Positions 49,810 through 63,614 of a DNA stretch of 64,000 nt are shown here, piece by piece; positions within the stretch are counted from its first letter, which is position 1; the number at the start of each line of letters is the position of its first letter. The notes under the pieces were generated by a model, which was not told the DNA's origin, did no database searches, and saw nothing but the letters and a program-made list of their open reading frames with translations. The DNA lies in contig CM076001.1 in the NCBI GenBank assembly GCA_038087875.1, forward strand, positions 64,001 to 128,000, given 5' to 3'. The DNA comes from Malacoraja senta (Eukaryota). The position numbers and the translations under genes are program-made.

Positions 49810-52747
49810 GTATAAGGGGTAAGAGCGTTGTAAAAACAAGCCTGAAGGCTTTGTGTCTCAATGCAAGGAGCATTCGTAATAAGGTGGATGAGTTGAACGT
49901 GCAGATAGCTATTAATGATTATGATATAGTTGGGATCACGGAGACATGGCTCCAGGGTGACCAAGGCTGGGAGCTGAACATCCAGGGATATTCAATATTC
50001 AGGAGGGATAGAGAGAAAGGAAAAGGAGGTGGGGTAGCGTTGCTGGTTAGAGAGGAGATTAACGCAGTGGAAAGGAAGGACATTAGCTTGGAGGATGTGG
50101 AATCGGTATGGGTAGAGCTGCGAAACACTAAGGGGCAGAAAACGCTGGTGGGTGTTGTGTACAGGCCACCTAGCAGTAGTAGTGAAGTTGGGGATGGCAT
50201 CAAACAGGAAATTAGAAATGCGTGCAACAAAGGCAAAACAGTTATAATGGGTGACTTCAATCTACATATAGATTGGGTGAATCAAATTGGCAGGGGTGCT
50301 GAGGAAGAGGATTTATTGGAATGTATGCGGGATAGTTATCTAAACCAACATGTAGAGGAACCAACGAGAGAGCAGGCTATTCTAGACTGGGTATTGAGTA
50401 ATGAGGAAGGGTTAGTTAGCAGTCTTGTTGTGCGTGCCCCCTTGGGCAAGAGTGACCATAATATGGTTGAGTTCTTCATTAGGATGGAGAGTGACATTGT
50501 TAATTCAGAAACAACGGTTCTGAACTTAAAGAAAGGTAACTTTGAGGGTATGAGACGTGAATTGGCCAAGATTGACTGGCAATTAGTTCTAAAAGGGTTG
50601 ACGGTGGATATGCAATGGAAGGCATTTAAAGACTGCATGGATGAACTACAAAAATTGTTCATCCCAGTTTGGTAAAATAATAAATCAGGGAAAATAGTGC
50701 ATCTGTGGATAACAAGGGAAATCAGGGATAGTATCAAAGCAAAAGATGATGCATACAAATTAGCCAGAAAAAGCAGCATACCAGAGGACTGGGAGAAATT
50801 CAGAGACCAGCAGAGGAGGACAAAGGGCTTAATTAGGAAAGGGAAAATAGATTATGAAAGAAAACTGGCAGGGAACATAAAAACTGACTGCAAAAGTTTT
50901 TATAGATATGTGAAGAGAAAGAGATTACTTAAAACAAATATAGGTCCCTTGCAGTCAGAAACAGGTGAATTGATCATGGGGAACAAGGATATGGCGGACC
51001 AATTGAATAACTACTTTGGTTCCGTCTTCACTGAGGAAGACATAAATAATCTGCCGGAAATAGCAGGGGGCCGCGGGTCAAAGGAGATGGAGGAACTGAG
51101 TGAATTCCAGGTTAGTCGGGAAGTGGTGTTGGGTAAATTGAATGGATTAAAGGCCGATAAATCACCAGGGCCAGATAGGCTGCATCCCAGAGTACTTAAG
51201 GAAGTAGCTCCAGAAATAGTGGATGCATTAGTGATAATTTTTCAAAACTCTTTAGATTCTGGAGTAGTTCCTGAGGATTGGAGGGTAGCAAACGTAACCC
51301 CACTTTTTCAGAAGGGAGGGAGAGAGAAAATGGGGAATTAAAGACCAGTTAGTCTAACATCGGTAGTGGTGAAACTGCTAGAGTCAGTTATTAAAGATGG
51401 GATAGCAGCACATTTGGAAAGTAGTGAAATCATTGGACAAAGTCAGCATGGATTTACGAAAGGTAAATCGTGTCTAACGAATCTTATAGAATTTTTCGAG
51501 GATGTAACTACTAGAGTGGATAGGGGAGAACCAGTGGATGTGTTGTATCTGGACTTTCAGAAGGCTTTCGCCAAGGTACCACATAAGAGATTAGTATACA
51601 AACTTAAAGCACACGGTATTGGGGGTTCAGTATTGATGTGGATAGAGAACTGGCTGGCAAACAGGAAGTAAAGAGTAGGAGTAAACGGGTCCTTTTCACA
51701 ATGGCAGGCAGTGACTAGTGGGGTACCACAAGGCTCAGTGCTGGGACCCCAGCTATTTACAATTTATATTAATGAACTGGATGAGGGAATTGAAGGCAAC
51801 ATCTCCAAGTTTGCGGATGACACTAAGCTGGGGGGCAGTGTTAGCTGTGAGGAGGATGCTAGGAGACTGCAAGGTGACTTGGATAGGCTTGGTGGAGTGG
51901 GCAAATGTTTGGCAGATGCAGTATAATGTGGATACATGTGAGGTTATCCACTTTGGTGGCAAAAACAGGAAAGCAGACTATTATCTAAATGGTGGCCGAT
52001 TAGGAAATGGGGAGATGCAGCGAGACCTGGGTGTCATGGTACCCCAGTCATTGAAAGTAGGCATGCAGGTGCAGCAGGCAGTGAAGAAAGCGAATGGTAT
52101 GTTAGCTTTCATAGCAAAAGGATTTGAGTATAGGAGCAGGGAGGTTCTACTGCAGTTGTACATGGTCTTGGTAAGACCACACCTGGATTATTGCATAGAG
52201 TTTTGGTCTCCAAATCTGAGGAAAGACATTATAGCCATAGAGGGAGTGCAGAGAAGGTTCACCAGACTGATTCCTGGGATGTCAGGACTTTCATATGAAG
52301 AAAGACTGGATAGACTTGGCTTATACTCGCTAGAATTTAGGAGATTGAGAGGGGATCTTATAGAAACGTACAAAATTCTTATGGGGTTGGACAGGCTAGA
52401 TGCAGGAAGATTGTTCCCGATGTTGGGGAAGTCCAGGACAAGGGGTCACAGCTTAAGGATAAGGGGGAAATCCTTTAAGACCGAGATGAGGAAAATCTTT
52501 TTCACACAGAGAGTGGTGAATCTCTGGAACTCTCTACCACAGAGGGTAGTTGAGGCCAGTTCATTGGCTATATTTAAGAGGGAGTTAGATGTGGCCCTTG
52601 TGGCTAAAGGGATCAGGGGGTATGGAGAGATGGCAGGTACGGGATACTGAGTTGGATGATCAGCCATGATCATATTGAATGGCGGTGCAGGCTCGAAGGG
52701 CCGAATGGCCTACTCCTGCACCTATTTTCTATGTATCTATGTATCTA
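49810..52747 (+). mobile_element. CR1 LINE, complete ORF2 region (APE-RT) with a few stops and frameshifts
   Basis: ORFs 49851-50675, 50697-51341, 51366-51671, 51711-52650; [33 protein letters not shown]; tail (ctatgtat)n. Confidence 0.97.
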
Positions 52748-53197
52748 TTGTGGGCTCTACCTTTCCTTGGTCATCAGTGCTGGCTCTAATTTGTTCTGAA
52801 CCTTTTCATACCTCTAGTTTCCTTTTCCCCGCCTTTCAGTCACCTATTCCTTTTCTCCAGAGATGGTGCCTGACTCATTGAGTTACTCCAAACTTCTCTT
52901 TCTAACTGAAATAATAGTTGTTGATCCAATGAGTCACTGATTGTAGATCTGGAAGGCGATATCTGCAATAAGTGTAACTGAAGTGGTTCCATTACGCTTG
53001 TTCAGATTGTGTGTTTGTTTAAGTTAGTGAAATTATTATTTTGTTGGAAATGGCATTAAGAGTTCATAATCATAGAGTCATACAGCATGGAAACAGGTCC
53101 TTTGCCCACTCCAACCATGATGTCCCACCTGCCTGTGTTTGACCCGTATACCTCCAAACCTTTGCTATACCTGTCTGAATATCTTTTAAATGTTGTT

Positions 53198-54262
53198 GGG
53201 TCCATTGTTGTTTGTCATGTACATCAATGATCTGGATGATGGTGTGGAAAATGGATTAGTAAGTATGCAGATGATACTAAGATAGGTGGTGTGGTGGATA
53301 ATTAAGTAGATTTTCAAAGTCTACAGAGAGATTTAGGCCATTTGGAAGAGTGGGCTGAAAGATGGCAGATGCAGTTTAATGCTGATAAATGTGAGGTACT
53401 ACATCTCGGTAGGACAAATCAAAATAGGACGTACATGGTAAATGGTAGCGAATTGAGGAATGCAGTTGAACAGAGGGATCTAGGAATAACTGTGCATAGT
53501 TCCCTGAAGGTGGAATCTCATGTAGATAGGGTGGTAAAGAAAGCTTTTGGTGTGCTGGCCTTTATAAATCAGAGCATTGAATATAGAAGTTGGGATGTAA
53601 TGTTAAAATTGTACAAGGCATTGGTGAGGCCAATTCTGGAGTATGGAGTACAATTTTGGTCGCCTAATTATAGGAAGGATGTCAACAAAATAGAGAGAGT
53701 ACAGAGGAGATTTACTAGAATGTTGCCTGGGTTTCAGCAACTAAGTTACAGAGAAAGGTTGAACAAGTTAGGTCTTTATTCTTTGGAGCGCAGAAGGTTA
53801 AGAGGGGACTTGATAGAGGTCTTTAAAAATATGAGTGGGTTAGACAGAGTTGACGTGGATAAGCTTTTTCCATTGAGAGTAGGGAAGATTCAAACAAGGG
53901 GACATGACTTGAGAATTAAGGGACAGAAGTTTAGGGGTAACATTAGGGGGAACTTCTTTACTCAGAGAGTGGTAGCTGTGTGGAATGAGCTTCCAGTGGA
54001 AGTGGTGGAGGCTGGTTCGATTTTATCCTTTAAAAATAGATTGGATGGGTATATGGATGGGAAAGGAATGGAGGGTTATGGTCTGAGTGCAGGTAGATGG
54101 GACTAGGGGGAAGTATTTATTTATTTTAAAAAAATAAAAAAAATAAAAAATAAAAAAATAATAAAAAAAATACAAATAAAAAAAATGTTCGGCACGGACT
54201 TGAAGGGCCGAGATGGCCTGTTTCCGTGCTGTAATGGTTATATGGTTATATGTTTATATGGT
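53198..54262 (+). mobile_element. CR1 LINE 3' fragment
   Basis: YADDTK, ORF 53342-54106; tail (atatggtt)n. Confidence 0.92.
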
Positions 54263-54349
54263 TATTGTACTGCTTCAACTACCCCCTCTGGTAGCTTGTT
54301 CCATATACCAACCACATTCTGTGTGGATAAAGTTGCCCCTCAGGTTCCT

Positions 54350-55076
54350 ATTTGATTTGATTTGATTTTACTTTATTAATCCCCTTATTCAGGGGAAATT
54401 CAGATGTCCTTGCAGCACACTAATAAAAACACAACATAGCATTAAAGAAGTTTAACATTAAAACATAAAAACATCCCCCCACAATGGTTCCCACTGTGGG
54501 GGAAGGCACAAAGTCCGGTCCCCATCCCCATGTCCACCCATAGTCGGGCCTATTGAGGCCTCCACAGTCGCCGCTACGGAGGCTCGATGTTCCTGGCCGT
54601 TCTCGCCGGGTGATGGTACTCCGGCGTCGGGAGAACCCTCTCAGTGGCTTGGGGTGCCAGGAACGGCCGCCTTCTTACCGGAGACCGTGGCTTCCAAGCC
54701 AACAGGCCGCTCTGGACGGAGCTCCACATACTGGCGATCTCAGCGAGAGATCCCAGGCTCCGCGATGTTAAAGTCAGCGCTGCCGCCCGCAGCTGGCCGC
54801 TCCACAGACCCGCGGCTCCGCGATGTTTTTATTGGCGGCCCCAGCATACCGGAGTTCCAGCATGACGACCCAGACAAGGCATCGCCCACTCCACGATAGC
54901 GCTCCAGCGCTGTGCTGCCGCCGAAGCCGAGGTTCTGGCCAGGTCCCCTCAGGAAACGCCGCTCCAGGCCCCACTGGAAGGCCGCGAGGACGGGTCGAAG
55001 GCGCTGCTCGGAGGAAGGCAACCCCTCCAACCAGGTAGGGACTTGAAAACCAGTTTCCCCCTTCACCCCCACCACC
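54350..55076 (-). mobile_element. GC-rich non-autonomous retroelement (related 5' module, different tail)
   Basis: Minus strand GAAACTG...CCTACCTGGTTGGAG, CTTCCCCCACAGTG...TGTGGGGGGATGTT; tail AATAAAG...(TCAAA)n. Confidence 0.65.
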
Positions 55077-57314
55077 CTATTAAATCCTATTATAGTTCAG
55101 ATCCTCAAGTCCTGCAATAGCTTCTGCAATCTTCTCTTCATTTGTCTATGACATCACTGAGCAAAAACTGTAACAATGATCAGCAAAGTAATCCACGTAG
55201 GTGTGTACATTTATGTTGGTTCACAGTTCTTGAACAAGTCTCTGAAAGCAGCAAAATAAGGCAGATTGAAACACTGGTGTTCAAGGTGTAATAGGGTTAC
55301 TTTATTTCACTTCTAAATAAGGGGCACTTTTTTTATTTTACACAAACATAATTCTGCTAGCTATTAAAGAGGAATCAGTACAGTTGGTGTTCAATACTGA
55401 GAAGAAGCAGAGCCAGACAGGTTGAAGTCTGGAGCAGGTATCAATTAATAATCAGATGTGAAGATAGTTATGAGCAGGGAGTGAATGCAAGAATCATTTG
55501 ATTGTCATAGTGTCATTCACTGTTGAAATCGTCAAGAGGAATACTAGGGCAGAAGAGGGTGAAGGATCTACTGTAAGTCAGCAAACATGAATCCAAGGGT
55601 CCCACAGAGATGTTCAGTTAGAAATGCATGGATATAATGTACCAGAAGTGGGGAGAGTAAGTCAGATGTAAGTCTCAGATATAGACACAAATGCTGGAGT
55701 AGCTCAGCAGGTCAGGCAGCTGAGAGTCTGAAGAAGGGTCTGGACCCGAAACGTCACCCATTCCTTCTCTCCAGAGATGCTGCCTGTCCCGCTGAGTTAC
55801 ACCTGCATTTTGTGTCTATCTTCGGTTTATATCAGCATCTGCAGTTCCTTCCTACACATGTGTCTCAGATGCTGGAAGGCCAGGATCCCATAGATAAATG
55901 GACAGGTTCAGAGTGGTGGCAGCACTTGCCCGAGGAACAAGGGAGGGGGAACACACAGGGTTACAAGCAACAGGAAGAACTTGATGAGTTGGTCCAACCT
56001 ATGATTGATGAGCAATTCTGAAGTGGAATCAATAGCCCCACGAAGCAAGTGGAATGCAGAGATCAACAAATAAGTAGAAACCAGAGCAGGTGGGAACAGG
56101 CTAGAACAATCAAAGTTAGTTCACCATGAAGAATGCAGAGGTGCTGATATCTGACGGCAAACCAACCAAATAGCTTTTAGAATGTCATCAAGAGTAATGC
56201 CAGTAGCAACAATACTGCCAATATTACATTAGAGTTTTCTCACCCACCAGTATTATACTAGTGTTAAAGAAGGAACTGCAGATGCTGGAAAATCGAAGGT
56301 ACACAAAAATGCTGGAGAAACTCAGCGGGTGCAGCAGCATCTATGGAGCGAAGGAAATAGGCAACGTTTCGGGCCGAAACCCTTCCAAGAACAATAGTAT
56401 TATACTAGTGTTGTTTCTGTATTTAAAACTAATTGGTGCTTGGGCAGAGGGGAGGGAGAGGGTCAATGTCTAGTATTGCTGGCTTGAAACTAAACAAGTC
56501 AAACTCCCACCAAAACAATCTGATGAGTGCAAAGGGTTAATTTGCTATTTTTGGAGCTGTGAAGAATCAGAGGATTAACTGATTGTGTCATTCTTTCCAA
56601 CGGCTGATTTTGGCACAAAGTGCCAGAAGCTGTGTGGTTAGACTATAGAATACTCTGGTTAGTATTACAACGAATCAAATTAACTCTTCTACAACCCTGC
56701 TGACATAATGAGTGACAGTAGGGCAGGATGCTACATTTAATAACTCATTAACTTGTCACCAAATGGAGTGCACTATACATTAGTCATAAGTTACTTTGCT
56801 TGCATCAAGTCCACTATATAATGTTGCTGGAATGTGTATTCCTGTTAATAACTATACTGGCCTGCAATGATGCTGTAACTGCAGCAAAGATGCCAGCATT
56901 CACTAAACATAACGATATAAAACTGCCAGCAACTACTGCCATTTACACACCTCAATTGAACATGGACATTTGCAGCCAGTGTCAGTGATATTCTGCTCCC
57001 TCCAATGGCTTTTACAATCTTTCAAGATTTAAAATCAACAAGGGATTAATGATTTTACATGAAATTCAACGTTTTAAGGATTCAATCTTTGCCCTCCAGT
57101 TTTAGAGTCCCCTACCCTGGAAAAAAAGTTTAACTATTGAATTCAATGACCACAACATAACTGGTGCCAGTCTCAATACCTCTGTGGTAGCTTAGAGCAC
57201 AGACCTGCTGGATCACAATGTACAGTATTCTTCAAGGTTGAACAGTAGACTAGTGTCCTTCTGCCACCAAGTGCAAATGTCAGTAGTTGCCGATCATCGA
57301 CTACATTTATACCT

Positions 57315-58260
57315 CAAGTCAAGTGAGTTTATTGTCATGTGTCCCTGATAGGACAATGACATTCTTGCTTTGCTTCAGCACAACAGAACATAGTAGGCAT
57401 TGACTACAAGGCATTCTATAAATAAATATATACACACATGAATCAATATACTGATAAAGTGCAAATAACAGTTAATTGGCTAATAAAGTTCAGTGTTTTG
57501 TCCGAGCCAGGTTTAATAGCCTGATGGCTGTGGGGAAGTAGCTATTCCTGAACCTGGTCGTTGCAGTCTTCAGGCTCCTGTACCTTCTACCTGAAGGTAG
57601 TAGGGAGATGAGTGTGTGGCCAGGATGGTGTGGGTCCTTGATGATACTGCCAGCTTTTTGAGGCAGCGACTGTGATAGATCCCCTCGTGGAAGGGAGGTC
57701 AGAGCCGATGATGGACTGGGCAGTGTTTACTACTTTTTGTAGTATTTTCCTCTCCAGGGCGTTCAAGTTGCCGAACCAAGCTACGCATGCTCTCTACTGT
57801 GCACCTGTAGAAGTTAGAGAGAGTCCTCCTTGACAAACCGACTCTCCGTAATCTTCTCAGGAAGTAGAGGCGCTGATGTGCTTTCTTAATAATGGCATCA
57901 GTGTTCTCGGACCAGGAAAGATCTTCAGAGATGTGCACGCCCAGGAATTTGAAGCTCTTGACCCTTTCAACCATCGACCCGTTGATATAAACGGGACTGT
58001 GGGTCCCCATCCTACTCCTTCCAAAGTCCACAATCAGTTCCTTGGTTTTGCTGGTGTTGAGGGCCAGGTTGTTGTGCTGGCACCATATGGACAGTTGCTC
58101 GATCTCTCTTCTATACTCTGACTCATCCCCATCAGTGATACGTCCCACAACAGTGGTGTCATCAGCGAACTTGATGATGGAGTTCGCACTATGTCCGGCT
58201 ACGCAGTCATGAGTATAGAGTGAGTACAGCAGGGGGCTGAGCACACAGCCTTGAGGTGCT
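57315..58260 (-). mobile_element. Rex1/Babar-type LINE 3' fragment
   Basis: ORF 57699-58244 LSPLLYSLYT, KFADDTTVVG, AHQRLYFLRRL; tail AATAAA...(CTTGA)n. Confidence 0.9.
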
Positions 58261-58411
58261 CACGTTGCCTCAATAAGGCCAGCAGCATAATCAAGGACGT
58301 CGCACCCTGGTCACTCTCTTCTCCCCTCTCCCATCGGGCAAAAGGTATAGAAATGTGAAAATGCACACCTCCAGATTCAGGGACAGTTTCTTCCCAGCAG
58401 TTATCAGGCAA

Positions 58412-58706
58412 TGGTGGCGCAGCGGTAGAGTTGCTGCCTTACAGCACTTATAACGCCTGGGTTCGATCCCGACTACGGGTGCTGTCTGTATGGAGTTTGT
58501 ATGTTCTACCCGAGACCTGCGTGGGTTTTTTCCAAGATCTTCATTTCCTCCCACACTCCAATGAGGTACAGGTTTGTAGGTAAGTTGGCTTGGTAAATGT
58601 AAAACTTGTCCCTAGTACATGTAGGATAGTGTTAATGTACTGGTCGGCACTGTCTTGGTGGGCCAAAGGGCCTGTTTCCATGCTGTATCTCTAAACTAAA
58701 CTAAAC
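58412..58706 (+). mobile_element. tRNA-derived V-SINE (HE1-like) inside a Rex1 3' fragment (about 58260-58950)
   Basis: A box TGGCGCAGCGG, B box GGTTCGATCC, V-domain, (CTAAA)n tail. Confidence 0.9.
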
Positions 58707-59519
58707 AACAGAACCATCCCACCACAACTAGAGAGCAATCCTTAACTACTATCCACCTCATTTGGATCAAACTTTGATCAAACTATACTGGCTTTATCTT
58801 GCACTAAACGTTATTCCCTTACTATGTAACTATACACTGTAAATGGCTAAATTGTAATCATGTATTGTCTTTCAGCAGACTGTGTTAGCACGCAACCAAA
58901 GCTCTTCACTGTACCTCGTACACATGACAATAAACTAAACTAAACTAAACTCCAGGATAGTTCTGCGTGCACTATTTTAGAGGGATGAGCAGTACTTTTT
59001 AGGGGGATTGGTTAGTGGGAATAAAAAGTAGTTTAATAGCTTAAAGAAGATAACTTTAAAGAAGAAGACCGGCTGACAACAATCCAGATAGGGTTACACT
59101 CTTTAAAGATCACACATGCATGACATTTATTGTTCAAAGGTCTTTGTCAAATAAACATTGCATACTGTCACTCTAATGTTCCCCATCACTATTACTCATT
59201 ATATCCAGCCTGTTTCCACAAACCGTATGTTGCTTATGTGCATGTTGCTTTTATGGATCATTTGTTAGGAGTGTATTTGGGAATTGAGATTAAATTAAGA
59301 GGAGTCTTGCAAAAATGTAAATACAGCATGCAATAGATGCTGGAATCAGGAAGAGGTATGCAGACTGGACTGGACATACTAAATGGATAGCTTTCATAAT
59401 AATTGTGGCCAATGCGTGATTGATTCTATCATAAGATCAATATGTTTTATTTTGTAAATTATGGATTGGAATTTGACCACGTGGCGTGGATGAAGAAAAT
59501 TGGGAAATAATTCGGAGTG

Positions 59520-59892
59520 GTGGCGAGTGGTGCCATCGAGTGTGGCGGCCTCGCCAGCAGCTGTCTGTCCCTTCATCCTTTTTGTTATTTTTAGTCTGTC
59601 TAAAAGTTTTGTTTTGGAGGTCTTTTAGTCTTTTTTATGTGGGGGGTGGGGAGTGGGAGGGGAAACGGTCTTCTCAGTTACTACCTGGTCGAGGACGCGT
59701 CTTTTCTCCAATTCGCATCTTTGCCCCCCCTCGCGGCCTACCATCGGGATTGGCACGGCCTTCCCTGCCAGAGACCGGCCAGAGCTTCAGCGGCGGGGCA
59801 GCATTGGATTACCATCGCTGAGCGGGTGATGCCTTACCAATTGCCTTTCACTGCACCAATAGGTGTATGTGACAATAAATGTCCTTAGTCCT
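59520..59892 (+). mobile_element. Short GC-rich non-autonomous retroelement
   Basis: Same 5' layout (GTGGCGGCC head, T-rich tract, GTGGGGGG, GAAACG...CTACCTGGTCG); Rex1-like tail GTGACAATAAA. Confidence 0.55.
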
Positions 59893-60155
59893 AATTCAAT
59901 TAGCCTTGAGGATGGATTCAGAAAGCAGAATAGCCACACTCATTACTTAATGCAAGTCACGGGCAGGTTTTGAAAGAGTGCCTTAGCTCAAAAATAGACT
60001 GAGGGCGTAGAATTTTAGCTGTGAAGAGGAGATTTTTGACATAATGTAGATAGACCAACAAGGGATTGCTGGACCTTATCTTGGAGAATGTAGTCAGTCA
60101 GGTAGAGGGAGTGTCAGTGGGGAACAGTTTGGAGAAAGGGACCGTACTTTATATA

Positions 60156-60465
60156 TCAGCAAGTCAGGCAGATGTTGGAGGATTGTGTGCTGTTTTCGAT
60201 GGCTGATGGGGTGGAAGGTGAGGACAATGGGGACTCTGTCCTTGTTATGAATGGGGGGGAGGGGGAGCAAGAGTGGAGCTGCGAGACTCTAGTGAGTGCC
60301 TCATCTATAATGGAAGAGGGGAACCCCCGTTCCCTAAAGAATGAGGACATCTCCGATGACCTGGTATGGAAAATATCATCCTGGGCGCAGATGCGGCTTA
60401 GACGGAGGAATTGGGTGTAGGGTATAGAGTCTTTACAGAAGCAGGGTGGGAAGAAGTGTAGTCCA
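60156..60465 (-). mobile_element. Penelope-like fragment, split by a SINE and resuming at about 60811-60884
   Basis: MSSFFRERGFPSSIIDEALTRVS matches the element at 47199-47657. Confidence 0.8.
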
Positions 60466-60479
60466 GATCGCGACGTGAT

Positions 60480-60810
60480 GGCGGCATGGTAGCACAGCGG
60501 TAGAGTTGCTGCCTTACAGCACTTGCAGCACCGGAGACCTGGGTTTGATCCCGACTATGGGTGCTATCTGTACGGAGTTTGTACTTTCTCCCCGTGACCT
60601 GCTGTGGGTTTTCTCCAAGATCTTCGGTTTCCTTCCGCACTCCAAAGACGTACAGGTATGTAGGTTAATTGGCTTGGTGTAAGTGTAAATTATCCTTATT
60701 GCGGTAGGATAGTGTTAATGTGCGGGGATCGCTGGTCGGCACGGACCCGGTGGGCCGAAGGGCCTGTTTCCACACTGTATCTCTAAACTAAACTAAACAA
60801 AACTAAACTA
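60480..60810 (+). mobile_element. tRNA-derived V-SINE (HE1-like)
   Basis: Same head, V-domain and (CTAAA)n tail as the copies at 11070 and 58412. Confidence 0.9.
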
Positions 60811-60884
60811 TGGGAGTCAGTGGGTTTGTAACATGTTTCCATTGATAGTCTGTCTCCTGTGATGGAGACGGTGAGATCTAGAAA

Positions 60885-63185
60885 CCAGGGTTGTGGTGGA
60901 CGGACAACATTCGGGCTGGAGGTCTGTGACCAGTGCAGTTCTGCAGGGACCTCTGCTGTTTGTGATATATATAAATGACCCAGACTTAAATGTAGATGGA
61001 TTGGTGAGAAAGTTTGCAGATGACACCAAGATTGCTGGGGTTATGAACTGTGAGGAAGGCTGTTAATGTATACAGCGGGATATAAATCAGCTACAGAAAT
61101 GGGTGGAAAAATGGCAGATAGAGTTTAATTCACGCAAGTGTGAGTGTGAGGTGTTGCATTTTGAGAGGATGAATGCAAAGGGAAAATATCCAATTAATGG
61201 CATGACCCTTAACAGCATTGATGTACTAAGGGATCTTGGGGACCAGGTCCATAACTCTCTGAAAGTGGCAACTCAAGTAGATAGAGTGGTGAAGAAGGCA
61301 TAAGTTATGCTTGCTTTCATAGGTTGGGGCATTGAGTATAAGAGTCAGGAAGCCATGATGCCACTTTATGTAGCGATGTTACAATACCTACCTTCAGCAG
61401 TGCTGCAGTTCTGCCACTGGCCGTGTGCGCGACTTTGGTGCCTTTGGGGGGGGGGGGGTGTGCAGGATTAAAATGCAGATTTGTACCGCTTATCGGAGAG
61501 GGATTTCCTCGGGCTGCGAGTCGATGAAAGAAAAATCGATCGGACTTCTGTTCCCGTTTTTTTTTTTAATCGCTGTACAATTTAATAGTTTGATTAAAAT
61601 AAAAAGCGACTTCTAATGCCCTCAGCGCCTACAACTTGACAGATCGCAAGAACGGGACAAAATAAAGGGTAAGTCGTCTATTTTACATATAATCTTGCTT
61701 CTTGGGGTGGCTTTTAATCTAATTTTACGTTGCGAAAATGTGATTTGGGTCCCATATGAACCGGCAGTGTCTTTCCTGCCGATATGGGGTTCAAATTCAC
61801 CGCAAATGCAACGTTCCAATCCAGAAACACCCACTCGCAAGATGATTAAAATTCTCTTTTTTTTGGACAATCATGTCATAAGAACATCTTAATCGTCTAT
61901 ATTTTGTGTAATTGTATAATCAATATTTTTATACTAAATATACACAACAGCTTTAGCCACATTTATTGTGCAAAGAATAATCATTTTGATTATATTGAAA
62001 GTAGATGTTTCTAGATTAATTTATGGGAATTAAACATTAAATTCCTTCCCATCTGGCATATGTTCATGACAGTGAGATTTAAAAAGCATGTTATATTGTG
62101 AATTCTTGTGTGAATGGGATCAGTTTGTTAGTTGGATACAGGCTATTTAAAACAATTATCCTTTTCTTAAGAAATGGAATCTACAGGACATTCTTAATGG
62201 GAAAGTAGTGGGCAGAAAGGCATGTCATGCGTGGTTTGAAGAGCAAAAACTTGTAGTTTACAATGGCAAAATTGAAAAGTTGAGGAAAAACAAGGTGTAC
62301 AGAGTTGCTTATTGGTTACAATCTGAGGAGTATGATGATGCTACTGATTATGATATGCCAATGTACCAGCTAGCAAATGATCTTCTCCATAAAGACTTGG
62401 TCTATTGCTAGAAATTGCAATTTATTTACCTATCTGTTACGGACTTACAGCATATAATACAATAATATTAAAGTTCTGATCTTGAGAATATCACACTTTT
62501 GAATTTTCAAGGCAGTCTGGGTGTTTATTACTATTTCTGTCACAACGGTCAATTTTGTAATTAGCTACAATTAGGTAACCAATTAATTATAGGCTTTAAT
62601 TTCAGGTCATCCAAGTAAGATGTTTTATATTTATTTTAGAATGTGTCAATCTATAATAACTGAAAATTTCATTCAGTTCTCTTAATTTTTAAGAAAGTTA
62701 TGGGCTTTTGACTGTCCTCAATCACAGCGTTTGTGTTAAGTCAATGGAAAAGCAATAGGGAACAAGATGCTAATTTCCGAGTATGAAAATGGCCATAACT
62801 TCTTTAATACTGAAGATATGAAATGGAATTAGGAGTGAAATTAAACTTCTTTTTTTGCTTTATTAGATGGCATAAATTGCAGACTTGATTTTAAAATCTC
62901 AAAATTTTGTAACATTGCTACTTTATGGGACTTTGGTTTGGCTGCATTTGGGGTGTTGTGTGCAGTTTTGTCTTCCTATAGAGGGTGATGAATGCTTGAA
63001 ATGCACTGCTGGGGGTGACACACATCTGATAATGGCATTTAAGATAAGCACATGGATATACTGTATAGGGAATGGAAAGATATGGATCATGCCAGGCAGA
63101 TAAGAGTTGGTCTTGGCATTATGTTCAGCACATGAATTGTGGTCAGAGAGTCTGTTCTTGGGGTTGCACTGTTCTATAATCTATA
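60885..63185 (+). mobile_element. CR1 LINE 3' fragment split by a DNA transposon
   Basis: KFADDTK, WQIEFN, RVVKKA; resumes at 62921. Confidence 0.8.
61371..62920. mobile_element. Internally deleted TIR DNA transposon
   Basis: TIRs TAGCGATGTTACAA / TTGTAACATTGCTA; duplication CTTTATG at 61364-61370 and 62921-62927; contains coding remnant 62170-62411. Confidence 0.85.
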
Positions 63186-63614
63186 TACATAAGATGAGGG
63201 CCAGAGCAAGAATAATAGATTTGAGTGCTGAAGTCACAAAGGAATTAAGATAAATGATTAGCCACAATATTATTGAATGGTGGTATTGGCTACCTCTTGC
63301 TTCAGCCCCTTATGCTGTTAAGTTATGGAAAAGGGAGAGAGTCATGAGATAAATATGGAATGGGAAAGTTGATCGATAGCCCATATCAAATGGAAACAAA
63401 CTGAAGCTCAGGATAGCAGCAGCAGTCACCGGGAGAAAAGCAAAGTTTATCGAGGCGCCGCAGTCTCGACGCCTCCCCGATGGCCGTGGAGAAGCCTGGG
63501 TTGGAACCCGGCTGGAGCCTCGCGGGTCGGATGGAGGAGCCAGGCCTCGCGGGACGGCACCATGGAGGCCTCAGGAGAGGACCCGGCAGCGTTGTGGAGA
63601 GGTTGGTGTGGCGG

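Noticed and set aside
58412..58480. tRNA-like sequence with A and B boxes
   Set aside because: It is the head of a V-SINE, not a tRNA gene.
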